Positions 24,045-36,690 of a stretch of 64,000 bases of DNA are shown here, one piece after another. The stretch lies in assembly GCF_009914755.1 (NCBI RefSeq), contig NC_060938.1. The stretch is one strand, 5' to 3'. This DNA is from the human T2T-CHM13v2.0 reference genome, Homo sapiens. Below the pieces are notes generated by a model. That model had not been told where the DNA came from. It saw only the letters and a list, made by a program, of their open reading frames with translations, and searched no databases. Position 1 is the first letter of the stretch. The number at the start of each line of letters is the position of its first letter. Made by a program: the position numbers and the translations under genes.

Positions 24045-24450
24045 AATGTTCTTACATTTGGAGAAGTTCTTATGAGTTCTGCCTTTTAAGGAAAAATAAA
24101 TAACTTATTTTCCCAACCTCCTTTGCAACAGAGACGTAGACATGTAACCTAGGCTCCACCAATCAAATATAGCCAATTGAGATTTTGTTAGAGAAGAAGG
24201 AAAAGGGAGGATGCAGATGCTTCACAGAGTTTATTTTCTGATGGAAGTGACAGCAGAGTTCCTGGCACCAGCCAGTGCCCAGACTCAGCAAATGAGCTGT
24301 GGTGGTATTTCCTGATGGCAGCAGCACGCTTTTCTCCAAAGCAGTCCTGGAGGGTGATGTGAGCATCCTTCATGGCTGTGTAGTCTTCCAAGACTTACTC
24401 TCTGGACTTCCAGAGGACCAGTTAATTCCTAAGGACACTGGTTAAATACA
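24045..24450 (+). mobile_element. LTR33-like ERVL LTR inside degraded L1ME
   Basis: TTCCCAACCTCCTTTGCAAC...CATGTAACCTAGGCTCCACCAATCA; ends ...AATACA. Confidence 0.55.
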
Positions 24451-24944
24451 GCATGTTCATTTGCATATCCTGGGTGCAAATATAAATAGGAATGCCACTT
24501 CAGTATTGTATCTCAAGTTCCAGAAAAAAATTACCTTGCATTTATTAAGCCTTCTTATAAAAATATGTGCCAAGGAAATAGCCCAAAAGAAGAAAAATGG
24601 CAATATGAGTGGGCAATTTAAAATTTCAAAGGATTGGAAACAACCTGCAGGCTCACCAACAGGGTAGGAGTTAAGTCAGTCGTGGCATACTCTTGGTAGT
24701 CAGTAGAATGCCAGCATTTCTACATGGTAGGGGCTTGGGATACACTCTTTTGTAAGAGGGAGGACCAGGGACTTAAATCTGCATTTAGATAGAGTATATG
24801 CTCTTTTTACTTAGATGGAATATTTATTTGGGGTTGCTTGTGGGTAATGAAGAACGGGACTGGAGGGCATTAAAACCTGCCACAACCATCTCTCTATTGG
24901 CAAACTATTACACAGTGAATAAAATAACTACCAGGAAGTATTTG

Positions 24945-25846
24945 GGTTTTTTTAAGTTTTTAATTTTGGGGGGTACATTGTAGGTTTATGTATTTATAGG
25001 TTACTTGAGATATTTTGATACAGGCATGCAATGCTTAATAATCTTATCAGGGTAAATGGGGTATCAATCACTTCAAGCATTTATCCTTTGTGTCACAGAC
25101 AGTCCAATTATACGCTTTAGGTATTTTTAAGTTTATAATTAATTTTTATTGACTATAGTCACCCTGTTTTGATAGCAAATACTAGGTCTTATTCATTCAT
25201 TCTATTTTTTGTACCCCTTAACCATTTCCACTTTCCCCTTCTGACCCCCCAGTACCCTTCCCAGCTTCTGGTAACCATCCTTTTACTGTCTATCTCCGTA
25301 AGTTCAATTGTTTTCATTTTTAGCTCCTGCAAATAAGTGAGAACATGTGAAGTTCGTCTTTCTGTGCCTGGCTCATTTCACTTAGCATAATGACCTCTAG
25401 TTTCATCCATGTTGTTGCAAATGACAGAATCTCATTCTTTTTTATGACTGAATAGTACTCCATTGTGTATATGTACCACATTTTCTTTATTCATTCAACT
25501 GTTGATGGACACTTAGGTCCAAATGTTGGCTATTGTGAATAGTGCTGCAATAAACGTGGGAGGGCAGATATCTCTAATATAATGATTTCCTTTCTTTTGG
25601 GTGTATACCTGGCATTGAGATTGCTGGATCATATTGGTAGTTCTATTTTTAGTTTTTTAAGGAACCTCCAAACTTTTCTCCATAGTGGTTGTATTAATTT
25701 ACATTCCCACCAACAATGTACAAGTGTTCCATTTTCCCTACATCCTCACTGACATTCATTATTGCCTGATATAATGAATAAAAGGTTTTTGGCTTAAAGC
25801 CATTTTAATTGGGGCGAGATGATATATCATTGTGTTTTGATTTGCA
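24945..25846 (-). mobile_element. 5'-truncated L1MA (L1MA1-3)
   Basis: Antisense L1MA 3'UTR and ORF2 end; TSD-like AGGAAGT(A/T)TTTG flanks. Confidence 0.9.
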
Positions 25847-26229
25847 AGGAAGTTTTTGTAGCAATATAGAAAAATATTCATATGTTGTTAAAGGAATAGA
25901 ACAAAACCCAAAATTATATCTATGATGTGACTACTACTGTTATGTAAAAAATTGAAATAGTGTTCTGCCAAGGTTTTTCAATGCAATGAATATTTTTGTG
26001 CTTTGCAAAATTATCGTAAGTGTTCAAATTATATCTTCTCTTTGGCAATGTCTCACTGATGTTATGGTGATATCGCTACCTGCTCAGTGAGGATGACTTT
26101 GACACCTACTGTCTTTCGGCAGAGTTAGACTCAATCTGAGCCTTAGGTGGTATGGCTTCTTTGGGTATTCATGGATCCACAGGGCCAAAGGGAAGAGAAA
26201 TCACTATGTAAAATCTCCAGCCACATAGG

Positions 26230-27230
<1,001 letters not shown>

Positions 27231-28529
27231 TCTAGTTTATTTTTAAAAAATAAAAAGAGGAGACTCTAACAAAAAGGTCTGTATGTCAGGAGTTAGGCAG
27301 TGGAGAAATCACATTTCTAGAAACAAAAACCCTCTTCAGGTCACTGAAGTGGGAGTTGAAGAAGTTAGTTTAAGATCTTGATTAATAAAACAGAGCCACC
27401 TCAGGGATTTGGTTATCAGTGAGGAGCAGGGTTCAGAAGCACTGCTTAATGAATAAATATGATCTTTTGAATTCCTCCATGGGAAGTCTAGATCATCAGG
27501 AATTATGTCTTTGAAAGACTCCAGGGCAGTGGAAAGGAGAGCTCTGTAGGTTGTAGAGGCTGGTGCATGGGAAGGAGTCCTCGCTTAGTTTATGCCTGTA
27601 TCCTCTCCTGCTTCTGCCTCTTCATCTCATGCAGTATTGACTGAGAAACTCAAGAGGGAGGCATGGACCTGCCAATAGAGAAGTCAAGGTTACAGTTTTT
27701 AGATCCAAATTAGGGTTATCCATCACTGTCATAAAGTCATGAACACAGGGGTGTTTATTAACTGGTCAATCCACACTGGGCATGGTGGCCCATGAGAGGG
27801 CTCTGAAATGAAGGGGAAAAGCATTTCAGGAACTGTTAGACTGAAAGCAGGACTCCAACAATCTTAAACGGAACCCAGAACAGCAGAGTCGTGAAGAGTG
27901 GACAGTACTTACTACATTGTACTATGGCCAGTGAGGTTACCTGACTCACTCTCCTGCTTATAAACTGTTGCCCAGGAAAGTTTCAAGCTCAGTCTTATCG
28001 AGCCCTCTTCAAACTGACATGGATAGCAAAATACCTAGCAATTTTTCAGTTGATTGATCAACCTGGGCGGTCTGCCCCATACTAAACATTTTACCAAGAA
28101 CCAAAAGATTGTGTTGATTACTTGTGAATTTGAAATCTGTCATTTAAAGCTCAAGACCTGAAGATTCTCACTGGCCTAAGTTTAGTGTTGTGTTCCCGGC
28201 ATACTATTAAACTAGAAACTTGGAAAGAAACAAAAGAGATTACTTGGTGCTCTTGCGATGTAGTGCTGAGCTTAACTTCCTATTGACTCAGTTATTTTAC
28301 AACTCTGTGGGGGTAGAAGTGAACTTAAAAGTTCTCATCTGGCAGAGACGCAGATAATTTCTTTCTGATAGAAGAGATAACCACAAAAGTTATAGTTATG
28401 GCCCTACTGGACATTAACCAGTTTTGTATATAAGCCAGCAATCTTATGCCAGCACTGTCAAAGACACCTAGTTTCTTAAATGCTCTTTGGACAGATTTGA
28501 AACTCAACTTGACATCCATAGGCTAAAAA

Positions 28530-29465
28530 AAAGACCTTTCCACTGTGAAAGACCATGTGAATAACAAAGACTGTGAAGAAGATAAACAGACAAGCTACAG
28601 ACTGGGAGAAAAATATTTGCAAACTACATATCCAACAAATTAAAACTCAAAACCTAATACTAAAAAAAATAAATAAACAATTCAGTTAGAACATGGACCA
28701 AAAGCATGAACAGACATTTCACTGAAGATGGTAGATAAGCCCATGAAAAGATGTTCACTAGCTATCAGGGAAGTTAAAATTAAAACCACAATGACTAATC
28801 ACTCTATACCTACCAGAAGGGGAAAATAAAAAAAATAGTAACAGCACCAAACGGTGATGAGGAATGAAGAGAAACTGAATCACTCATACGTTGTTGATGG
28901 GAATATAAAATGGTACAGCCACTTTGGAAAATACTTTGGTAGTTTCTCTAAAAGCTAAACACACAAATATTCATATGACCCAGCATCTGTACCCTTGAGC
29001 ATTTATCCCAGAGAAATGAACTTATACCCACAACAAATGTTGTTCACAAATGTTCATATCAGCTTTATTCATAATGGCCAAAACTGGAAACAGTCCAGAG
29101 GCCTTTCAATGAATGAATGGTTAAATAAACTGTGACATATCTATACCATGAAATACTACTTAGCAATAAAAAGAAACAAACTATTGATACGTGCAATAAT
29201 GTGGATGAATCTCCAGGGAATTATGATGAGTGGGGGAAAAAGTCAATCCTAAACAGTTACATACTATATGATTCTACTGTATTTCTTTAACAACAGTTCA
29301 ATGTTAAGATTTAACATATTTTAACATTTTGAGCATTTAATATTCTTTTATTTAACATTCAATATTTAAAATTATTTAACAAATTTAAGCACATATTTAA
29401 CATAAAATTTCAGAAATGAAGAACAGACTAGTGGTTTCCAGAGTTAAGAACCAGAGTTGGAAAGT
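28530..29465 (+). mobile_element. L1MC1-like element, left part
   Basis: ORF2 end and 3'UTR start; resumes at ~34356 after the L1MA insertion. Confidence 0.8.
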
Positions 29466-31860
29466 GGGGCAAAAGAGAGGAGAGAGGCAGAGTAAGATGG
29501 TCAGAGAGAACATTCCAGTAATCATCCCCCCAGCAGGAACACCAAATTGAATAACTATCCACAGAAGAAAGCACCTTCATAAGAACCAAAAATCAGGTCA
29601 ATAATCACAGTACCTACTTTTAACACCATATCAAGGAAAGAGGCACTGAAGAGGGCATGAAAGACAGTCTTGAATTATCAATACCACCCCTCCCCAATCC
29701 TCAGCAGCGGCTACATAGTGCTGAGAGAGAATCTGTGCATTTGGGGGAGGGAGGACAAAGTGACTGTGGGATTTTGCATTGGAACCCAGTGCTGCTCTGT
29801 CACAGAGGAAAGCAACACGAGGCAGAATTCACCTGGAGCCCATGTAGAAAGCATTCAGACCAGCCTTAGCCAGAGGAGAATTGCCCATCCCAACAGTTGG
29901 AATCTGAGTTCCAGCAAGCTCTGCCACCATGGATTAAAGTGCTCTGAGGTCCTAAATCAACTTGAAAGGCCATCTGTGTCACAAGGGCTACAATTTCTGG
30001 GCAAGTCCTGTTGCTGTGCTGGGCTTGAAGTCAGTGGTCTGGGGGTGCATATAACCTAGTGAGACAGCAGCCAGGGTGGCCAAGGGAGTGCTCACACCAC
30101 CCTTCCCCCAACCCCAGGCACTGCAGCTTGCAAATCCAGGAAGGACTACTTCCTTCTGTGTGAGGAGAAGAAGGAGTAAAGAGGACTTTGTCTTGCAACT
30201 TGGATACCAGCTCAGCCACAGAAGAATAGGGCACCAGAAAGAGTCCTGATGCCTCCACTGTAGGCTCTAGCTCTTGGATGACAATTCTAGACACATTCTG
30301 GGCCAAAAGGGAACCTGCTATTTTGAAGGGAAGGACCCAGTTCTGGCAGGATGAGTCACCTGCTAACTAAACAGCCCTTGGGCCCTGAATAATAAGCAGT
30401 GGCACCCAGGCAGTTCTCACCATAGGCCTTGGGTGGGACTCAGAGCTGTGCTGGCTTCGAGTGTGACCCATCACATTCCCATGTGTGGTGGTCACAGGGA
30501 CAGACCCATTCTGCCTGAGAAAAGGAGAGGAAATAACAAAGGGCACTTTGTCTAGCAGCTTGGGTACCAGCTTGACCACACTGGACTAGAGCACCAGGCA
30601 GGCTCCTGGGGTCCCAGATTCTAGGCCTTGGCTCCTGGACGGCATTTCCGCACCTGCCTTGGGCCAGAGGGTGGCCCAATGCCCTGAAGTAAGAGACCCC
30701 GGCTGGCAGCATTCATCACAAGCTGACCAAAGAGCCCTTGGGCCTTGAGTGAATATTGATGGTAGCCAGGCAGTACTCATCAGAGGCACCTTCTGGTTGA
30801 AGAAAGGAGAGGAAGGCATGTGAAAGACTTTGTCTTATGGCTTAGATGCCAGTTTGGCTGCGATAGGATAAAGCACCAAGTAAATTCCAAGGTTCCTGGC
30901 TCCATGCCGTGGCTCCTAAATGGCATGTCTGGGCCCACCCTAGGCTAGAGGGTGGGTGCTCACTGACCTGAAAGCAAGGACACATACCTGGCTGGACTCA
31001 CCACCTGCTGATTGAAGAGCTCGTAAGCCCTGAGTGAACATCGGCAGCAGCCAGGCAGTGGATGCTGCAGGTGTTGGGTAAGACCTAGTGCTATGCTGGC
31101 TTCAGATCTGACCCAATATGGTCCCAGTGGCAGTGGTCACAGGGGGCTTGTGTCACCCCTCTCCTAGCTCCAGGAAGCTCAGCACAGACACAGAGAGAGA
31201 CTCCATTTGTTTGGGGGAAAGTAAGGGAAAAGAGCAAGAGTCTCTGCCTAGTAATCTGGGGAATTCTCTCAGCTCTAACCCAAGACCACCAAGGCAGTAC
31301 CTCTATAACACTGCAAGAGTCACAACTTTACTGGGCTTGGTGGGGGCCCCTAATGCAGATACAGTTGCAGTGACCAAAGACTTACATCACAGTAGTCAAT
31401 TCCCTTTGAATACTTGGAGAGCCTTTCCAAGAACAGGTACGATCAAGCCCAGACTGTGAAGACTATAATAAATGCCTAACTTCTCAATGCCCAAACATTG
31501 ACAAACATCAAGAAGCATAAAGACCATCCAGGAAGACATGACCTCACCAGATGAACTAAATAAGGCACCAATGACCAATCCTAGAGTGACAGAGATATGT
31601 GATCTTTCAGATAGAGAATTCAAAATAGCTGTTTTGAGGGAGCTCAAAAAATTCAAAATAACACAGAGAAGGAATTCAGAATCCTATCACATACATTTAA
31701 CAAAGACATTGAAATGAAATTTAAAGGTCAGGCAGAAATTCTGGAGCTAAAAAATGCAATTGACATATTGAAGAATACATCAGAGTCTCTCAACAGAATT
31801 GATCAAACTGAAGAAATAATTGGTGAACTGGAAGATGGGGTACTTGAAAATACACAGTCA

Positions 31861-32175
31861 GGCCAGGCACAGTGGCTCATGCCTGTAATCCCAATTCTTT
31901 GGGAGGCCAAGGCAAGAGTATTGCTTGAGGCCAGAAGTTTGAGATCAGCCTGGGCAGCATAGTGAGGCCCCACCTTTACAAAAACATTTAAAAATTATCT
32001 GAGTATTGCAACACATGCTCATAGTTCTAGCTACTTGGGAGGCTGAAGTGGGAGGATCATTTGGGTCTAGGAGTTTGAGGTTACAGTGAGCTATGATTGT
32101 ACCATTGCTCTCTATCCTAGGTGGCAGAGCAAGATCTCATCTCAAAAATAAGTTTAAAGGAAAAAAAAAAGAAAC
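31861..32175 (+). mobile_element. AluJ inserted in L1 ORF1
   Basis: TSD AAAATACACAGTCA at 31847-31860 and 32176-32189. Confidence 0.96.
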
Positions 32176-32802
32176 AAAATACACAGTCAGAGGAGACAAA
32201 AGAAAAAGGAATAACAGAGAATGAAGCGTGCTTACGAGATCTAGAAAATAGCCTCAAAAGGGCAAATCTAAGAGTTATTGGCTTGAAAGGGGAGGTAGAG
32301 AGAGAGAAAGGGGTAGAAAGTCCATACAAAAGGATAGTAACAGAGAACTTTCCAAACCTAGGGAAATATATCAATATTCAAGTACAATAATGTTATAGAA
32401 CACCAAGAAGATTTGACCCAAATAAGACTACCTCAAGACATTTAATAATCAAACTCCCAAAAGCCAACAATAAAGAAAGAATCCCAAAAACAGCAAGAGA
32501 AAAGAAACAATAACATACAAAGGAGCTCCAATATGTGTGACAGCAGACTTCTCAGTGGGAACCCTACAGGCCAGGAGAGAATGGCATGGCATGACAAATT
32601 TAAAGTTCTCAAGGGAAAAATATTTTATTTTAGAATAGTATATCCAGTAAAAGTATTCTTTGAACATGAAGGAGAAATAAAGACTTTCTGAGACAAACAA
32701 AAGCTGAGGGATTTCATGAACACTAGACCTATCCTATAAGAAATGCTAACAGTTCTTCAATCTGAAAGAAGAGGATGTTAATGAGCAGTAAGAAATCATC
32801 TA

Positions 32803-32929
32803 GGCTGGGCATGGTGGCTTACGCCTGTAATCCCAGCACTTTGGGAGGCCAAGGCGGGAGGATCACCTGAGGTCAGGAGTTTGTGACCAGCCTGGCCAAC
32901 ATGGTGAAACCCTGCCTCTACTAAAAATA
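32803..32929 (+). mobile_element. AluS left arm only
   Basis: GGCTGGGCATGG...GATCACCTGAGGTCAGGAG...CTCTACTAAAAATA, followed directly by L1 ORF2 sequence. Confidence 0.93.
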
Positions 32930-34355
32930 AATAAATGGTGCTGGGAAACTGGATATCCTTATGCAGAAGAAGGAAAATAGACTCCTGTCTCTTGTCATAT
33001 ACAAAAATCAAATCAAAATGGATTAAAGACAAATCTAAAACCTCAAGCTATGAAACTACTAAAAGAGAATTTCAGGGAAACTCTCCAGGACATTGGTCTT
33101 GGCAAAGATTTCTTGAGTAATATCCCACCAGCCCAGGCAACCAAAGCAAAAATGGACAAATGGGATCACATCAAGTTAAAAAGCTTTTGCATAGCAAAGA
33201 AAACAATCAACAAAGAGACAACCCACAGAATGGGATGAAATATCTGCAAACAAATATTTATCCCTTCATTTCGCAAAGGATTAATACCCAGATTATGTAA
33301 GGAGTTCAAACACCTCAATAGGAAAAAATGTTGTAATAATCTAAAAGTGATAAAAATACGCAAAAGCTCGAAAAGACATTTCTCAAAAGAAGGCATACAA
33401 ATGGCAAACAGGTATATGAAAAATGCTCAACATTATTGATCATCAGAGAAATGTAAATCAAAACTACAATGAGGTATCATCTCGCCCCAGTTAAAAGGTG
33501 GCTTTTATCCAAAATACAGGCAATAATGAATGCTGGGGAGGATGTGGGGAAAAAGGAACCCTCATACACTGTTGGTGGCAATGTAAATTAGTATAACCAC
33601 TATGGAGAACAGTACGGTGTTTCCTCAATAACTCACAGAACTACCATGTGATTCAGCAATCCCACTGCTAGGTATACATCCACAAGAAAGGAAATCAGTA
33701 TATTGAAGAAACGTCTGAAGAAATAAACTTCCATGTCTATTGCAGCACTATTCACAATAGCCAAGATTTGGAAGCAATCTAAGTGTTCAATAACAGGCGT
33801 ACAGATAAAGAAAATATGGTACATATACACAATGGAGTACTATTCAGCCATAAAAAATAATGAGATCCTGTCATTTGCAACAACATGGATGGAACTGGAG
33901 GTAATTATGTTAAGTGAAATAAGCCAGGCGCAGAAAGACAAACTTCACATGTTATCTCTCATTTGTAGGAGTTAAAAATTAAAACACCTGAACCCATGGA
34001 GATAGAGAGTAGAATGATGGTTACTAGAGGCTGGGAACGATTGTGGGCGGTGGGGAAAGTCAGGATGGTTAATGAGTATAAAAATATAGTTAGATGGAAT
34101 GAATAAGAGCTACTATTTGATAACACAACAGAGTGATTACAGTCAACAATAATTTACTGTACATGTTTAAATAACTAAAAGGATATAATTAGAATGATTG
34201 TAGCACAAAGAAATGATAAGTGTTTGGTGATGGATATTCCATTTACCCTGAGGTGATTATTATGCATTGTATGCCTGTTGCAAAATATCTCATGTACCCC
34301 ATAAATACATATAACTTCTATTAATATGTATCCATAAAAATTAAAAATTTAAAAA

Positions 34356-34705
34356 AGTGGAATGTAGGTGAGGGTATAAAGGTAACAGGAGAGATCTTTC
34401 TTATGGTAAAGGAACTGCTCCGTATCTTGCTTATGCTGGTGAATAACCAAACCTACAGATGTGATAAAATTGTATAGAACTAAACACACACCCATATGCA
34501 AATGAGTACAAGCAAAACTTGGGAAATCTGAATAAGATCTACAGATTGTATCAATGCCAATATCTTGGTTGTGATATCATAGTATAGTTTTGCAAGATAT
34601 AACCATTGGGGGAACCCAGATAATGGGTACAGAGATCTCTCTATTATTTTTTACAATTACATGTAAATCTATAATTGTCTCAATTAAAATTTTAACTAAA
34701 ATGAT
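34356..34705 (+). mobile_element. L1MC1-like element, 3' end
   Basis: GTGATAAAATTGTATAGAACTAAACACACAC...ATGAGTACAAG...GGGAAATCTGAATAAGAT. Confidence 0.82.
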
Positions 34706-34744
34706 AATACATGCCCTCTGTAAAAAAAAAAAAAAGAGAAAAAG

Positions 34745-36340
34745 AAGAAAATCAAAATAATCCTCAATTTCACCACTTAGAAATAAGCAGCTGCTAAGAC
34801 TTTGAAACATATTTTTTCATCCCTTTAAGAATTCATATTTTAAAATGTTGGTATTGAACTGTTTTATAAGCCAGTTTTTTTTTAACATCGTATATTCTGT
34901 TAAGTTTTCCATGTTATTAAACAAACTTTTTTTTTAGAGGCAGCGTCTAGCACTGCCACCCAGGCTGGAGTGCATTGGCATGACCACGGCTCACTCTAGC
35001 ATCAAACTCCTGGGCTTAAGAAATCCTTCTGCCTCAGCCTCCCAAGTATCTGAGACTACGTGTGTGCACCACCATGTCTGACTTTCTTTTTTTTTTTTTT
35101 TTTTTTGGTAGAGATGGGGGTCTCACTGTGTTGCCTAGGTTGGTCTTGAACTCCTGGCCTAAAGCTCTCCTCCTGCTTTGGCCTCCCCAAAGTCCAAAGT
35201 GCAGGGATTACAGGCATGAGCCACCACTCCCTGCCAAACACATTGTTTTTAGTGACTGTATATTATTCCTTCATATGGAAAATCCAATCTATTTATCCAA
35301 TCCTTTGTTTTGTTCTGTTTTTTCCTACTATGAGAAATGTTCAGTATCTTTAAAGATAAGCCTTTGGCTACATTCCCAATTATTTCCCTCTGACAAATTT
35401 TAAGAAGTGGAATTACTAGTCAAAGGCTATAAGCATTTTTAAGACTTTTGACACACCACTAAAATACTCTGAAGAAATGTTGTAGCAAAATACACTCCTA
35501 TTAACAGTACTTGAAAATATCCATTCCCCAAACTCTCACAAATACTGGGGATTATAATTTACTAAAAGTTGTAAATTCATTAAAAGAGATATAGTATCTC
35601 ATTTTAAGGGAACTGCATTCCTTCAAATATTAATCTAACTGAAATTTCTTATTTTATTTTGGTCATTTAGTATCTTTTGGGAATTTACCTTTCATGTCCT
35701 TTACCCATTTCTCTGTTTCAGTGGGCATCATATTTTCTAACTGATTTATAAATGAGCTTTATCAAGTAATGCTCTTGACCCCATATTCAACTTTTCCCCC
35801 GTTCTTTAATTTTTTAATATACAGAATTTTAATAATTGTACATATTAAAGTCTATTTAGCTGTTTCTTTATGGCTTCTCCTTTATTTTTAAGTGAAGTCT
35901 TTCCTTTCCTTGATAGCTGATTATAGTTATCTTTATACTCTATCCTTACTTTTCATCCTTTCATATTTTTATTTTGTTTTTACATTTAACCTTTATCCGC
36001 CTGTAACTTAGTTTGGTATAAATTATAAAAAACAGATTTGATGACTTTTCCAAATGTCTCACCATTTGTCTTACTACTATTTATTGGGTGGCTCAATTTT
36101 TCTTCCCAAATTTCAAATGTCAATCTTGCTAGTACTAAATTCATGTGTGTGTTTGGGGTTGCTTTTAGAGGTTTCTATTCTGTTCCATTGTTCTGTTTAC
36201 TGTTACTACAGTCTCATTTTATTTCACTGATTGTACTGATAGGTGGTATAAAAGATAGTAATGCCTGGAAATGCAAGTCTTCATTTTATCATTGTTCTTT
36301 TTAAGTTTTCCTGACTATTCTCACTGGTATGTTTAACATA
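34745..36340 (-). mobile_element. Degraded L1ME fragments
   Basis: AGAAGTGGAATTACTAGTCAAAGG, TATTCTGTTCCATTG and similar antisense L1M motifs. Confidence 0.6.
34927..35235 (-). mobile_element. AluJ
   Basis: Antisense dimer with an expanded T-linker. Confidence 0.93.
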
Positions 36341-36414
36341 TTTTTTGCTGACTTGAGCATCCAACAAAATATATATGTAGCTGTGACCTATACTTTCATT
36401 TCATCAACTGCTAA

Positions 36415-36690
36415 TTGCACAAGGGACATCTATCGGGTGTTTACTTTGTGCCAGGCTCTGTTCTAAATGTTTTATATGCATCAACTCATTCAATGCTAGC
36501 AGCAACCCTGTAAGATCGATACCTTTATTGCTCATGTTTTATGAAAGAGGAAACGCAAGCATGGAGAGGCAAGGTTAATTTGCCCAAGGTCACACAGCTG
36601 GCGTGTGGCTAAACTAGCCGTTGCATGTAAATAAGACTGCCTGCCCACTCAACCCAGGCAATCTGATTTCAGAGCTCACTGCCTCTCAAA
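36415..36690 (-). mobile_element. MIR SINE
   Basis: TGTGCCAGGCTCTGTTCTAAATG...TTTGCCCAAGGTCACACAGCT. Confidence 0.85.

Larger units (their letters stand above)
29478..34355 (+). mobile_element. L1MA1-3-type LINE with 5'UTR, decayed ORF1, ORF2 C-terminus and 3'UTR; most of ORF2 deleted
   Basis: 5' end GGCAGAGTAAGATGG; ORF1 peptides (LKRANLRVIG, ENFPNL); ORF2 C-terminal peptides ([24 protein letters not shown]); A-tail at ~34335-34355. Confidence 0.9.

Noticed and set aside
29478-34355. Retrotransposition-competent L1
   Set aside because: ORF1 is broken by stops and an Alu, and the ORF2 endonuclease and RT regions are deleted.
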